Positions 7,913-16,630 of a stretch of DNA of 24,000 nucleotides are shown one piece after another. Each line of letters begins with the position of its first letter. Position 1 is the first letter of the stretch. The translations under genes were made by a program, and so were the position numbers. The notes beneath the pieces were generated by a model. That model had not been told where the DNA came from. It ran no database searches and worked only from the letters and a program-made list of their open reading frames with translations. The DNA is from Rhizomicrobium sp. (lineage in GTDB: Bacteria; Pseudomonadota; Alphaproteobacteria; Micropepsales; Micropepsaceae), in NCBI GenBank assembly GCA_036488555.1, contig DASXHL010000075.1, positions 230,957 to 254,956 of the forward strand, given 5' to 3'.

Positions 7913-8149
7913 TCATTCGGGCAGCGCCGGTATGCGAAAGTATAAGTTATATAGTGCATGCGCCCTAGCGCAAACCCGGTGCGCCGTCCGAGCGCGGCGG
8001 ATCTGGCGCACGACAGCTATCGGCAAACCGATGGCGAGAAGACCTGCAAACATCAATGCCCAGACCGGCGGCTCCGAGACGGCACTGTTGACCGTATTGA
8101 CCGTCAGTGAAAAGGGTTGACCGAGCGCGTCTGGGCCGACAACGACCAA
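7913..8149 (-). pseudogene. PEP-CTERM (PEPxxWA-type) sorting-signal remnant
   Basis: ORF 7913..8149 (-) encodes ..NSAVSEPPVWALMFAGLLAIGLPIAVVRQIRRAR.. (7988-8077). This is SEPPVWA (PEPxxWA with first P to S), then a hydrophobic span, then an Arg cluster. Only about 24 aa lie upstream of the signal. An in-frame TAA sits immediately 5' of the TTG start, there is no signal peptide, and a 25-aa tail follows the Arg cluster. All of this suggests decay. Confidence 0.4.
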
Positions 8150-8228
8150 TTAGGGGAGGCTCACAATAACCAAGACGCTTGTTCTGATTGCTGCTCTTAG
8201 CTTCTCTTTGTCAGGCGTATCTCGCTTG

Positions 8229-8987
8229 CTAAGTCCATGAAAAGGAGAGGGTGGTTTCGCCGCTGCTGTCTCCAGCTGGTGTGAAGCGGCGCTCCACGAT
8301 CAGGCCGTTACCAAGATCATCGACAGCAACGACCATGCTGCACCGCGTCCCATAAATCGGGTTCTTAATGAAAATGGGAGAGGAGGGCGGTTCCTGGGGA
8401 ACGTCCGATGGGGCCGCGGATCGTTCTCCTAGCTCCGGGAGCGTTTCGCTCCGCAAGCCATCGAGCAGAACCACAGGTCGCTGCGCACCGGCTCCCATCC
8501 AATCGAACAGGATGTTCTTGAGTTGGACGGTCTTTGGCCAAGGTTCATCGAGCGCGCCATTTGAGAGGCCATAGACAGCCGGCGCGAGCACTTGCCGCGT
8601 TGAAGATGGGCGATTGGACAAGAACGTGGCCTCGCCGTTGTCAACCGTGATCAAGTTCAATGGATTGAAGCCCATTAGATCGGTGTCGGAAGGCTCGGCA
8701 TATGGTCCCTCACCCGACAGCAGGTCTCTCAAGAGGAGACCACGCGACGGCCGCCCGGTCAGCGGAGCGCCGAAGCCTCTAAGGTTAGTGACGACGCCAA
8801 ATCGGCCTCTTTCGGAGATCCCTACCCATGTACCACCCGATTGCAGATCCTGGCCCGCGAGGAGACCGTCGGGAGTGTCCCATCGCGCCAGTGGCAGTGC
8901 AGGACGGGCGTGCAGTTCGTCGCGATTGCCGGCCATGACCAGCCTCCAGCGGGGATGCGCACGCCATGCGAGGGCCAAAACACACAT
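8229..8987 (-). CDS. NRDE family protein (TANGO2 / DUF833-like)
   Basis: The N-terminus MCVLALAWRAHPRWRLVMAGNRDELHARPALPLARW.. carries the family-defining MC.. start and NRDE motif. A GGAGA lies 5 nt upstream of the ATG at 8987. Length is 252 aa. Confidence 0.9.
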   Translation of the reverse strand: MCVLALAWRAHPRWRLVMAGNRDELHARPALPLARWDTPDGLLAGQDLQSGGTWVGISERGRFGVVTNLRGFGAPLTGRPSRGLLLRDLLSGEGPYAEPSDTDLMGFNPLNLITVDNGEATFLSNRPSSTRQVLAPAVYGLSNGALDEPWPKTVQLKNILFDWMGAGAQRPVVLLDGLRSETLPELGERSAAPSDVPQEPPSSPIFIKNPIYGTRCSMVVAVDDLGNGLIVERRFTPAGDSSGETTLSFSWT

Positions 8988-9567
8988 TTTTATCTCCGTT
9001 CGGCAATACGATCAGATGGGCATGGACGAGACCACGATGAAATGGCTCATGGCAACGCTGGCCGGGAAAAAGCCGGACATCGATCGCGCGCGCCTCTGCT
9101 ATGTGCTCTTGGGTGAGACGAGACTGGGGCAGGGCGTAACGCCGGCAAAAGCCCTGCCGAGGTCAAAGAGTTGTTCTATGTCGGCCCGCCTATCATGATC
9201 GTGCTTCGGATGCAGCCAAGGATGCGATCCGAGGTATTAATCAGCATCCCTCCAATAATCAGCCCTATAAAACGCTTCTCAGTTCGGCAGATGTGGCGAC
9301 ACCAATCTGAGTCGTTCCTGTGCGGAAGGGGCGAGAGGATCAAGGAAGAGCCAGCGAAATAGGGTCTGGCTGCACCGCCGCGCAATTCGCACGTGCGACC
9401 CAAAGAGCGATCAGGCAAAATTGGTTCATTACCGGTACGTCCTTCGGCCGCGTTTAGACAGAGGTGGCGCTCGCCCGGAGTTCCGGTAAGGGGATGCGGA
9501 ACCAAGTTTTGGCCGGTACGTTTGAGGTTCGGGATAGTAGGCTATAGCGCCACTTTTCCTTCCCGCG

Positions 9568-10083
9568 ATGATGGTGGCTCACATGCGCTTTTTGATCAAC
9601 GGGCAAAGCCACGAGCTAAACCCCGATGTCCGTACGTCCCTATTAGATCTGCTGCGCGAGCACCTCCACCTCACAGGCACCAAAAAGGGCTGCGACCAGG
9701 GCGCCTGCGGCGCCTGTACGGTGCTGGTGGATGGCCTGAGAATCAATTCCTGCCTGGCGCTGGCGGTACAGTATGAAGGGTACGGTATTACCACCATCGA
9801 AGGCTTCAGCGGCGACGATCTGCTGCAGCGAGCATTCATCGAGCATGACGGTTTTCAGTGCGGCTATTGCACGCCGGGGCAGATCTGTTCCGCCAAGGGG
9901 ATGTTGGACGAGTTGGCGCAAGGCATCCCCAGCGCTGTCACATCTGATCTCAATGCGGATGTCATCGATGGGAATTGGGACGAATTGCGGGAGCGCATGA
10001 GTGGCAACCTCTGCCGTTGCGGCGCGCACAACGGTATCATGGATTCCATCGAATCCGTGCTTCTGAGCGAGGTGCAGCGATGA
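9568..10083 (+). CDS. Xanthine dehydrogenase family (2Fe-2S)-binding small subunit (PaoA/YagT-like, no Tat signal)
   Basis: ..INGQSHEL.. ..GTKKGCDQGACGACTVLVDG..INSCLALA.. ..GFQCGYCTPGQI.. ..NLCRCGAHNGI.. shows both 2Fe-2S Cys clusters. The start is ambiguous among 9568, 9571 and 9583 (MRFLINGQ). The stop TGA overlaps the next ATG. Confidence 0.9.
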   Translation: MMVAHMRFLINGQSHELNPDVRTSLLDLLREHLHLTGTKKGCDQGACGACTVLVDGLRINSCLALAVQYEGYGITTIEGFSGDDLLQRAFIEHDGFQCGYCTPGQICSAKGMLDELAQGIPSAVTSDLNADVIDGNWDELRERMSGNLCRCGAHNGIMDSIESVLLSEVQR

Positions 10084-11066
10084 TCGAACCTGCCTACGCC
10101 CGCGCCGCCAATGTACCCGATGCCGTAAGGCTTGCGGGCCGTCAGCCGCAAGCCCGTTATTTGGGCGGCGGTACCAATCTGGTCGATCTGATGCGCGAAG
10201 GCGCCGAGCGGCCAGAACTTCTGGTCGATGTCGCGCGACTTTCGGGGGAGATCGCGCTCCAGGACGATGGCACCCTGGTGATCGGTGCCGGTGTCAAGAA
10301 CACCGCCGTCGCCGCCGACTTGCGTGTGCGCGCGAAATTTCCGCTGCTGGCGCGGGCGATTCTGGCCGGCGCCTCGGGCCAGATCCGCAACATGGCCACG
10401 GTGGGCGGCAACATCATGCAGCGGACGCGCTGCTATTATTTCTGTGATAAGGCCGCGCGCTGCAACAAGCGCAATCCCGGTTCGGGCTGTGACGCGATCG
10501 AAGGCTTCAACCGCATCCACGCCATCCTGGGCGCGTCCCCATCCTGCGTCGCCACCCATCCCTCCGACATGTGCGTGGCGCTGGCGGCGATGGATGCGGT
10601 AGTGCATCTCGAAGGGCCGGACGGGAAGCGCGCGATCAAACTCACCGATCTGCACCGGCTGCCCGTCGACACGCCGGAGCGGGAAACCGAACTGAAGACG
10701 GGGGAACTCATCACCGCCGTCGAACTGCCGCCGATGCCGTTCGCCATCAACAGCGCCTATCGCAAGGTGCGCGATCGGGCGAGTTACGCTTTCGCGCTGG
10801 TATCGCTTGCGGCGGCGCTGGAGGTGGAGGATGGCAAAGTGAAGAATATCCGTCTGGCGCTGGGCGGGGTGGCGCACAAGCCTTGGCGTGCTTTAAGGGC
10901 CGAAGCGGTTCTGCAAAGTGCGCCCGCGACGGCAGAAAGCTTCGCGCGCGCCGCCGATGCGGAACTCGAAGGGGCGGTGGGTCTCAAGCACAACGCTTTC
11001 AAGATCGAACTAGCGCGGCGCGTGATGGTGCATGGCTTGCAGGGCCTGAGTGGGGCCGGCGCATGA
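10080..11066 (+). CDS. Xanthine dehydrogenase family FAD-binding medium subunit (PaoB/YagS-like)
   Basis: The ATG at 10080 overlaps the upstream TGA (ATGA). The protein reads MIEPAYARAANVPDAV..RYLGGGTNLVDLMREG..VIGAGV..ASGQIRNMATVGGNIMQRTRCYYFCDKAARCNKRNPGSGC... The four Cys are encoded at 10431-10490. Confidence 0.9.
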   Translation: MIEPAYARAANVPDAVRLAGRQPQARYLGGGTNLVDLMREGAERPELLVDVARLSGEIALQDDGTLVIGAGVKNTAVAADLRVRAKFPLLARAILAGASGQIRNMATVGGNIMQRTRCYYFCDKAARCNKRNPGSGCDAIEGFNRIHAILGASPSCVATHPSDMCVALAAMDAVVHLEGPDGKRAIKLTDLHRLPVDTPERETELKTGELITAVELPPMPFAINSAYRKVRDRASYAFALVSLAAALEVEDGKVKNIRLALGGVAHKPWRALRAEAVLQSAPATAESFARAADAELEGAVGLKHNAFKIELARRVMVHGLQGLSGAGA

Positions 11067-13345
11067 GCATCTTGGAAGACGCCGTGAAACTGGTGGTGCG
11101 CCATTTGCCGGACGCCAAACCCGATTCTCTGATCGGCGCCAGCCGAGTGCTGGGCCAGCCCATGTCGCGGGTTGATGGGCCGCTGAAGGTGATGGGGCGA
11201 GCCCGCTTCGCTGCCGAAGTACCGTTTGAGAACATCTCCTATGCCGCGCTGGTCCATAGCAGCATCGCGCGGGGGGCCGTCCGCGCCCTCGACACAAGCG
11301 CCGCCAAGGCCGCCCCCGGCGTGCTCTTGGTGATGACGCATGAAAACGCGCCCAAATTGCCGCCGCAGCCCCTGATGATGGCTGATCCCAAGGGCGCCGC
11401 CGGCTCAAGCCTGCCGGTGATGCAGGACGCTTCGATTCACTGGAACGGCGAAACATTAGCTTTGGTGGTGGCCGAGACACAGGAGCAGGCCGATTACGCC
11501 GCGAGCTTGGTCAGTGTCACCTACGACGCCCAGCCTGCCGCCACCGTCTTCGAGGTCGAGAAGGCGCATGCCAAGGAGCCCGACAAGATTCTGGGGGAAT
11601 CCACCACCGTCAGGATCGGCGATGCCGAGGTGGCGCTGGCGGAGGCGGCGTTCAAAATCGACCGCATCTACCGCACGCCCCGGCACAATCACGCCGCCAT
11701 CGAACTGCATGCCGTGACGGTCGCTTGGGAAGGGGGCACGCTCACGGTGCATGACACCACCCAGATGGTGAACCTCACCCAGTCCACCTTCGCCAAAATG
11801 TTCGACATCAAGGAAAGCCAGGTGCGCATCTTGTCGCCATTTGTAGGCGGCGGTTTCGGCAACAAGGGCGTGTGGACACATCATGTTCTGGCAATCGCGG
11901 CGGCGCGAATGATCGGACGTCCAGTGCGGTTGGTTTTGACCCGGGAAGGTGTGTTCCGCGCCACCGGCGGCCGCACCTTAACAGAGCAGCGCGTCGCGCT
12001 CGGTGCCACATCGGAGGGCCCGCTTACGGCGCTTATCCATACCGGCGTGGCTGGCATGACCAGCCACAACAATTGTCCGGAGCAGTTCAGTTTTCCCGCC
12101 CGTCATCTCTACGCGGCGGAGAATATTCTGGTCAGTCAGAAGATCGTCGAGCTCGACATGGTGGCGAACACCTTCATGCGCGCGCCGGGCGAGTCCGTTG
12201 GCACCTTCGCGCTCGAATGCGCGATAGACGAGCTGGCTGAGCAGCTCAAACTCGACCCCATAGAATTGCGGGCGCGGTTGGAGCCACAGAAGGATCCCAC
12301 TTCGGGCTTGGAATTTTCCTCCCGCCATATCGTCGAAGCCTATCGTCGGGGGGCGGAAAAGTTCGGCTGGTTCAAGCGTAGTCCCACCCCGCGCGCCAAT
12401 TGCGACGGCGACTGGCTGATCGGGCAGGGCGTGGCGACGGCCACGTATCCTTATTATCGCATGCCGGGTGGATCGGCCCGCGTCCGGTTGACGGCGGACG
12501 GTCGCGCGCTGGTGTCGATGGCTAGCCATGAGATGGGCATGGGAACGGCGACGGCGCAGGCGCAGACCGCGGCAGAGCGTCTGGGACTGCCGCTCGATCA
12601 GGTGATTTTCGAATATGGCGACAGCGATTTTCCGCACGGCACCATGGCGGGCGGCTCGTCGCAAAGCGTCTCGATTATTGCAGCCGTCAATGCCGCGTTC
12701 GAGAAGCTGGTGAAGGAATTGATTCACACAGTGGGCAACGATTCCCCGCTCACCGGGCTGGGTGCGGATGAGGTGGTGGCGCGCGATGGCGGCCTTGCGG
12801 CCCGGGACGATACCACGCGGTTCGAAACCTATGTTTCTATCCTCAGTCGGGCCGGCCGCGACATGGTGGAATGCGAGGCCGCCGCGCCGCCGCCGCTGGA
12901 GGTGCAGCAATATTCGATGCATTCCTATGGCGCACAATTCTGCGAAGTGCGGGTGAATGCAATTACGGGCGAAGTCCGGGTTTCGCGCTTCCTGGGCTCG
13001 TTCGATACGGGGCGCATCATCAATCCCAAGACGGCGGCGAGCCAGTTCCGCGGCGGCATCATCATGGGGCTGGGTCTGGCGCTTACCGAAGAAACGCTGT
13101 TCGACGAACGTAGCGGCCGCATCATGAATCCGTCACTGGCGGAATATCATGTGCCGGTGCATCTGGATGTGCCCAAGATCGACGTGATCTGGAACGATAT
13201 TTCCGATCCCCATGCGCCGATGGGCGTCCATGGCATCGGCGAAATCGGGATCACCGGCGTCGGCGCGGCGGTGGCCAATGCGGTTCACAACGCTACCGGC
13301 CACCGTATCCGCGATCTGCCCATCACCTTGGATAAACTGCTTTAG
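11063..13345 (+). CDS. Xanthine dehydrogenase family molybdopterin-binding large subunit (PaoC/YagR-like), 760 aa
   Basis: The ATG at 11063 overlaps the upstream TGA (ATGA). The protein reads MSILEDAV..GQPMSRVDGPLKVMGRARFAAEV.. ..FVGGGFGNKG.. ..FMRAPGESVGTFALECAIDELAE.. ..GTMAGGSSQS.. ..YGAQFCEVRVN..TGEVRV.. ..GIGEIGITGVGAAVANAVHNATG.RIRDLPITLDKLL. The track ORF start at 10571 is an out-of-frame upstream extension. Confidence 0.92.
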   Translation: MSILEDAVKLVVRHLPDAKPDSLIGASRVLGQPMSRVDGPLKVMGRARFAAEVPFENISYAALVHSSIARGAVRALDTSAAKAAPGVLLVMTHENAPKLPPQPLMMADPKGAAGSSLPVMQDASIHWNGETLALVVAETQEQADYAASLVSVTYDAQPAATVFEVEKAHAKEPDKILGESTTVRIGDAEVALAEAAFKIDRIYRTPRHNHAAIELHAVTVAWEGGTLTVHDTTQMVNLTQSTFAKMFDIKESQVRILSPFVGGGFGNKGVWTHHVLAIAAARMIGRPVRLVLTREGVFRATGGRTLTEQRVALGATSEGPLTALIHTGVAGMTSHNNCPEQFSFPARHLYAAENILVSQKIVELDMVANTFMRAPGESVGTFALECAIDELAEQLKLDPIELRARLEPQKDPTSGLEFSSRHIVEAYRRGAEKFGWFKRSPTPRANCDGDWLIGQGVATATYPYYRMPGGSARVRLTADGRALVSMASHEMGMGTATAQAQTAAERLGLPLDQVIFEYGDSDFPHGTMAGGSSQSVSIIAAVNAAFEKLVKELIHTVGNDSPLTGLGADEVVARDGGLAARDDTTRFETYVSILSRAGRDMVECEAAAPPPLEVQQYSMHSYGAQFCEVRVNAITGEVRVSRFLGSFDTGRIINPKTAASQFRGGIIMGLGLALTEETLFDERSGRIMNPSLAEYHVPVHLDVPKIDVIWNDISDPHAPMGVHGIGEIGITGVGAAVANAVHNATGHRIRDLPITLDKLL

Positions 13346-13370
13346 GTCTTCCTGCGTCGGTATTAGTGTT

Positions 13371-13385
13371 GGTATTGACAATACC
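13371..13385. promoter_or_regulatory. Perfect palindrome GGTATTG-a-CAATACC with an extra upstream GGTATT half-site; contains TTGACA
   Basis: Read directly: cGGTATTagtgttGGTATTGaCAATACCtcc in the spacer between the Mo-subunit stop (13345) and the MBL gene start (13604). The 1-nt centre makes an RNA hairpin unlikely and a protein-binding dyad more likely. Confidence 0.3.
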
Positions 13386-13603
13386 TCCGCCAGTCCATCG
13401 AAAAATAGGACATAATATGAGGGACGTTGGTTCTGCCGCTCGCTTGGCGGTGCCTGAAACATCAAAGTACTGTCCCAGGCACCGTACCACTTCGAGCCAA
13501 ATATCCGCATGCGCCAAAAAATGGCCACGTCGTCGCTGTGACCCGCAAAAGCGCCCAATTTTGTGCTTCCAACAGCGCGTCTGTATGCAGCTAATCCCTT
13601 AGC

Positions 13604-14449
13604 ATGCGTACTCGCCATCCACGAAACGCTTACGGTGATTGGTATGTGGACACGACCTGCACCAATTGCGGGGCGGCCCAAGCCGTAGCGCCGGGTATGA
13701 TCGTTGAACGTGACGGGCAATCGGTCTTCCTCCACCAACCCGAAACCGAAGACGAGCTAAGGCAGGCGTGGCGCGCTCGCATTCTCTGCCCGTCCGCCTC
13801 GGTCCGCACTGAGAGACACACGAAGCTCGCGCATCCAGTATTTCCTGAAGAAATGACCGAGTGTGTCTATCGTCTCGGCTATAACGCCGCTGCCTCCTTC
13901 GGTGCGCATTCATTCGCGCTCCGTCATGATACTGGCATGTTCATCATTGACACGCCGCGCTGGACGCAAGCCGTTGTCGACCAGCTTTCCGCATGGGGCG
14001 GGCTTGCGGGCATTCTGCTCTCGCATGAAGACGATGTAGGCGATGCTCAACGTTATGCCGATCACTTTCATGCACCGGTATGGATTCATGAAAAGGATCG
14101 TGCAGCGGCTCCTTTCGCCGACAGAATTATCACAGGAGATGAGCCCGTCACCATCGCCGACGGGCTGCTCGCAATTCCCGTGCCGGGTCATTCGCGCGGC
14201 AGCGTCTGCTATCTTTGGAATCAGTGTCTATTCAGCGGCGATACTTTGGCATGGGATTTCGAAAGCAACGATCTTCTTGCGTATCGGGCTTATTGTTGGT
14301 CATGGGATAGACTACGTAAGTCGCTCATCCGCTTATCCGCGCACGACTTCGAATGGGTCTTCGCAGGCCATGGGGGTAGTTATCACCTTCCGGCCGGCGA
14401 GATGCGAGAACTGCTTACTGCACTTATTGGGCGGATGAAGGATCAGTAA
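13604..14449 (+). CDS. MBL-fold metallo-hydrolase with N-terminal ferredoxin-like Cys segment
   Basis: The N-terminus reads ..YVDTTCTNCGAAQAVAPGMI..RARILCPSASV... The MBL body reads ..IIDTPRW.. ..GILLSHEDDVGDA.. ..IPVPGHSRGSV.. ..FSGDTL.. ..FAGHGG... The first metal motif reads SHEDDV rather than canonical HxHxDH. Confidence 0.8.
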   Translation: MRTRHPRNAYGDWYVDTTCTNCGAAQAVAPGMIVERDGQSVFLHQPETEDELRQAWRARILCPSASVRTERHTKLAHPVFPEEMTECVYRLGYNAAASFGAHSFALRHDTGMFIIDTPRWTQAVVDQLSAWGGLAGILLSHEDDVGDAQRYADHFHAPVWIHEKDRAAAPFADRIITGDEPVTIADGLLAIPVPGHSRGSVCYLWNQCLFSGDTLAWDFESNDLLAYRAYCWSWDRLRKSLIRLSAHDFEWVFAGHGGSYHLPAGEMRELLTALIGRMKDQ

Positions 14450-14644
14450 CCGATGATTTGTGAAGCCCAAAAGTCGGTTGGCACTAGCGCATAGCGGATG
14501 AGGATGAACGGAAGAGATGGGGCTGTCTATATGCCGGCCAACGACGATCGCCCGCGGGTAAGCGGTGCCAAGACAGTCAAAGTCATGATCCTGGCTTTGC
14601 GCTTCCTTGGATCGGGGAGAAATTCGGTGCGCGGGTTTCCCTGA

Positions 14645-15121
14645 TCAACTTTTCCTGCTGCTTTATATTGGCTGCGTTGGTCCCGCGCGCTTGGATTGGC
14701 GTGCGGGGTGGGATTCATTCGCCAGTGCGGTGGCGACATCATTTTGAAGTCCGTTCGGGATGTTGGCACAACGGTGACTATGTACCTGCCGTTGGCGATG
14801 CCTAGCAGCTGACGAGGCGTTTCACTGCAAAGGCCTGCGAGGGTCATCCTCGTCTTTTTAGCAGGACAAAGGGCATCCCTATGCTAGAAGCCGTGGATGG
14901 AACAGATTCCCTGGTATTCGGACGCCGTGTTGTCCGGCAATGGTCACCTTCACCGCGCCGGCACCCTTGTTCAATGTGTAAGAAAATGGAGGCTCCTGCC
15001 TGAGGCTGAAAGGCCAATGGCACAGTTAAAAATGACCTTCGAGTTGGATGGCCGCCGCAGGCTCGATGGCGACCAGATCGCCGAGTTGGTGATACGGCCA
15101 GGATTTGTGGAAGCTTGACCC
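14645..15121 (+). pseudogene. Hybrid sensor histidine kinase remnant: HATPase_c C-terminus plus a decayed receiver domain
   Basis: Plus frame 14645-14812 ends ..ALGLACGVGFIRQCGGDIILKSVRDVGTTVTMYLPLAMPSS*, the G2 box through the ..GTTV..YLP end of an HK ATPase domain. Downstream pieces lie in three frames: ..ARVILVFLAG.. / ..KGIPMLEAVDGTDSLVF.. / ..SDAVLSGNG...LKMTF...IRPGF... They resemble ..ILVVDD.. / ..GY.VLEA.DG.EAL.. / ..DVVMPG..G...LKVLF..KPF.. of a receiver. No intact ORF and no kinase N-terminal part is present. Confidence 0.45.
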
Positions 15122-15145
15122 CGTGCAATGGCCGCGATATCGCGC

Positions 15146-16405
15146 TCAACTAGGCTTGTGAGATAGGGTCCTCATAAAAGGAAGTACCTTGGTCTTTGGG
15201 TTCTGCATTTCATCGACCATGTCGGCCCAAACTTGCATCATGATCTTCCGGTCGTCCAGGTATGAGGCGTGGTTGTAACTCGCCCGGACTTTGTTTCGGT
15301 CCTGGTGCGCAAGCTGACGCTCAATTACATCGGAATTAAAGCCGCCTTCGTTAAGCATCGTCGATGCCGTCGCGCGAAAGCCGTGAGCCGCAAAGCCGAT
15401 GGTACCTTCGCCGAGAAATTTCATGCGTTCAAGCGCGCGGTTGAGCGTCGTCGAGGTCATGTAGGCTTGCGGATTGCGCCTATTGGGAAATAGGAATTGG
15501 CTATGGCCGGTGATGTCGTGCAGCCCCTCTAAAAGGGTTATGACCTGCCGTGATAGGGGAACGATATGCTCCTCGCGCATTTTCATACGCGCCGCCGGTA
15601 TCCGCCATTCGGCCTTTTCGATGTTGAATTCGGTCCAGAGGGCTGCCCGTAGCTCAATCGTCCTTACGAACGTTAGAAGCATAATGTGGAATCCGAATAT
15701 AGTGGCGGGATCGCCTTTGTAAGTCTCCAGCCGCTTGAGAAATGCTGTGAGTTCCTCGCGCGAGAGAGCCTTGCTATGGCGGACTTTGTTTCGAACGATG
15801 GCGCCCCGGAGTGGCGCGGCGGGATCGGTTTGGGTGCGCTGTGTCACAATGGCGTATCTGAAAATGGCGGACACCCATTGCCGGATCAGGTGAGCGAATG
15901 TGTGGGCGCCGCGTCGTTCGACCTTAAAAAGGATCTGCAGGATGTCGCTCGCGGTAATGCTGGCGATCGGGCGCGATCCGATGGCCGTGTACACGTCGGT
16001 TTTTAATACGTGCCTGATCTGAGCGGCGTAGCCCTTGGACCAGTTCTTCTCCTTCCGCTCAATCCATTCCTCAGCAATCGACTTAAAGGTCGTTTTGTTC
16101 TCAGTGACTTGCCTGATGATCGCCTGTTGGCGGTCATGGAAGGGATGAATGCCCTTCCGGACCAGGGCGCGCGCTTCGTCGCGCGCGCGTCGGGCGCCTT
16201 CGAGCGAAAGATGTCCGACACGGTTCTTGTCGGGAAAGAACTTGCCGAGGGTGAATTTATTTTCCCTCCCGGCGATGCGGTAGCGGTAGCGCCACAGTTT
16301 GGCGCCGCTTGGTCGGACTTCGAGATACAAGCCGTTGGTGTCGGTCAGCTTGTAGGCCTTGTCAGCGGGCTGCGCTGCTTGAATGGCGGCGTTGGACAGG
16401 GGCAT
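15146..16405 (-). CDS. int: Tyrosine-type site-specific integrase, P4/IntS-like (DUF4102 N-terminal arm-binding domain)
   Basis: From the ATG at 16405: MPLSNAAIQAAQPADKAYKLTDTNGLYLEVRPSGAKLWRYRYRIAGRENKFTLGKF.. . The catalytic set is visible: ..TFVRTIELRAALW.. (R), ..AHGFRATASTML.. (HxxR), ..LAHQDRNKVRASYNH.. (H..Y). The track start at 16528 adds an implausible 41-aa leader. Confidence 0.92.
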   Translation of the reverse strand: MPLSNAAIQAAQPADKAYKLTDTNGLYLEVRPSGAKLWRYRYRIAGRENKFTLGKFFPDKNRVGHLSLEGARRARDEARALVRKGIHPFHDRQQAIIRQVTENKTTFKSIAEEWIERKEKNWSKGYAAQIRHVLKTDVYTAIGSRPIASITASDILQILFKVERRGAHTFAHLIRQWVSAIFRYAIVTQRTQTDPAAPLRGAIVRNKVRHSKALSREELTAFLKRLETYKGDPATIFGFHIMLLTFVRTIELRAALWTEFNIEKAEWRIPAARMKMREEHIVPLSRQVITLLEGLHDITGHSQFLFPNRRNPQAYMTSTTLNRALERMKFLGEGTIGFAAHGFRATASTMLNEGGFNSDVIERQLAHQDRNKVRASYNHASYLDDRKIMMQVWADMVDEMQNPKTKVLPFMRTLSHKPS

Positions 16406-16630
16406 GGGAGTGAACCGAGTGACGAATATTGTGGCCCTCAAATTTGGCAGAACGTCCGAAACGGTGCCAGCCGAATTTGCCGATAAATGGCTTGAATCCA
16501 GCGTTATTTTATTAGTTCGGACAAACACGAATAAAGATGAATGATTATTATTTTCGAAGTCGCAGCGTGTCGTGTATTAGCGTGCAGATAGTCGACCTTC
16601 AACTTCCGCAAGACAGGTGAAATCCCAAAC

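Noticed and set aside
9864-12937. Long minus-strand ORFs 9864..10877, 10784..11341 and 11978..12937, and the 10571-11062 upstream extension of the Mo-subunit ORF
   Set aside because: They are antisense or out-of-frame to three subunits with unmistakable XDH-family motifs and ATGA coupling. The extension overlaps the FAD subunit in another frame.
13133-13738. 201-aa minus-strand ORF bridging the Mo-subunit 3' end, the spacer and the MBL gene start
   Set aside because: It overlaps two well-supported plus-strand genes and has no motif support.
14527-15149. Two minus-strand ORFs chained to the integrase stop by 4-nt overlaps (TTGA at 15146-15149, ATGA at 14844-14847), superficially an int-linked operon
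   Set aside because: The products are Arg/Pro-rich with no recognisable fold. The opposite strand carries clear histidine-kinase and receiver remnants, so these are most likely antisense shadows and the overlaps coincidental. They would need transcript or homology evidence to be revived.
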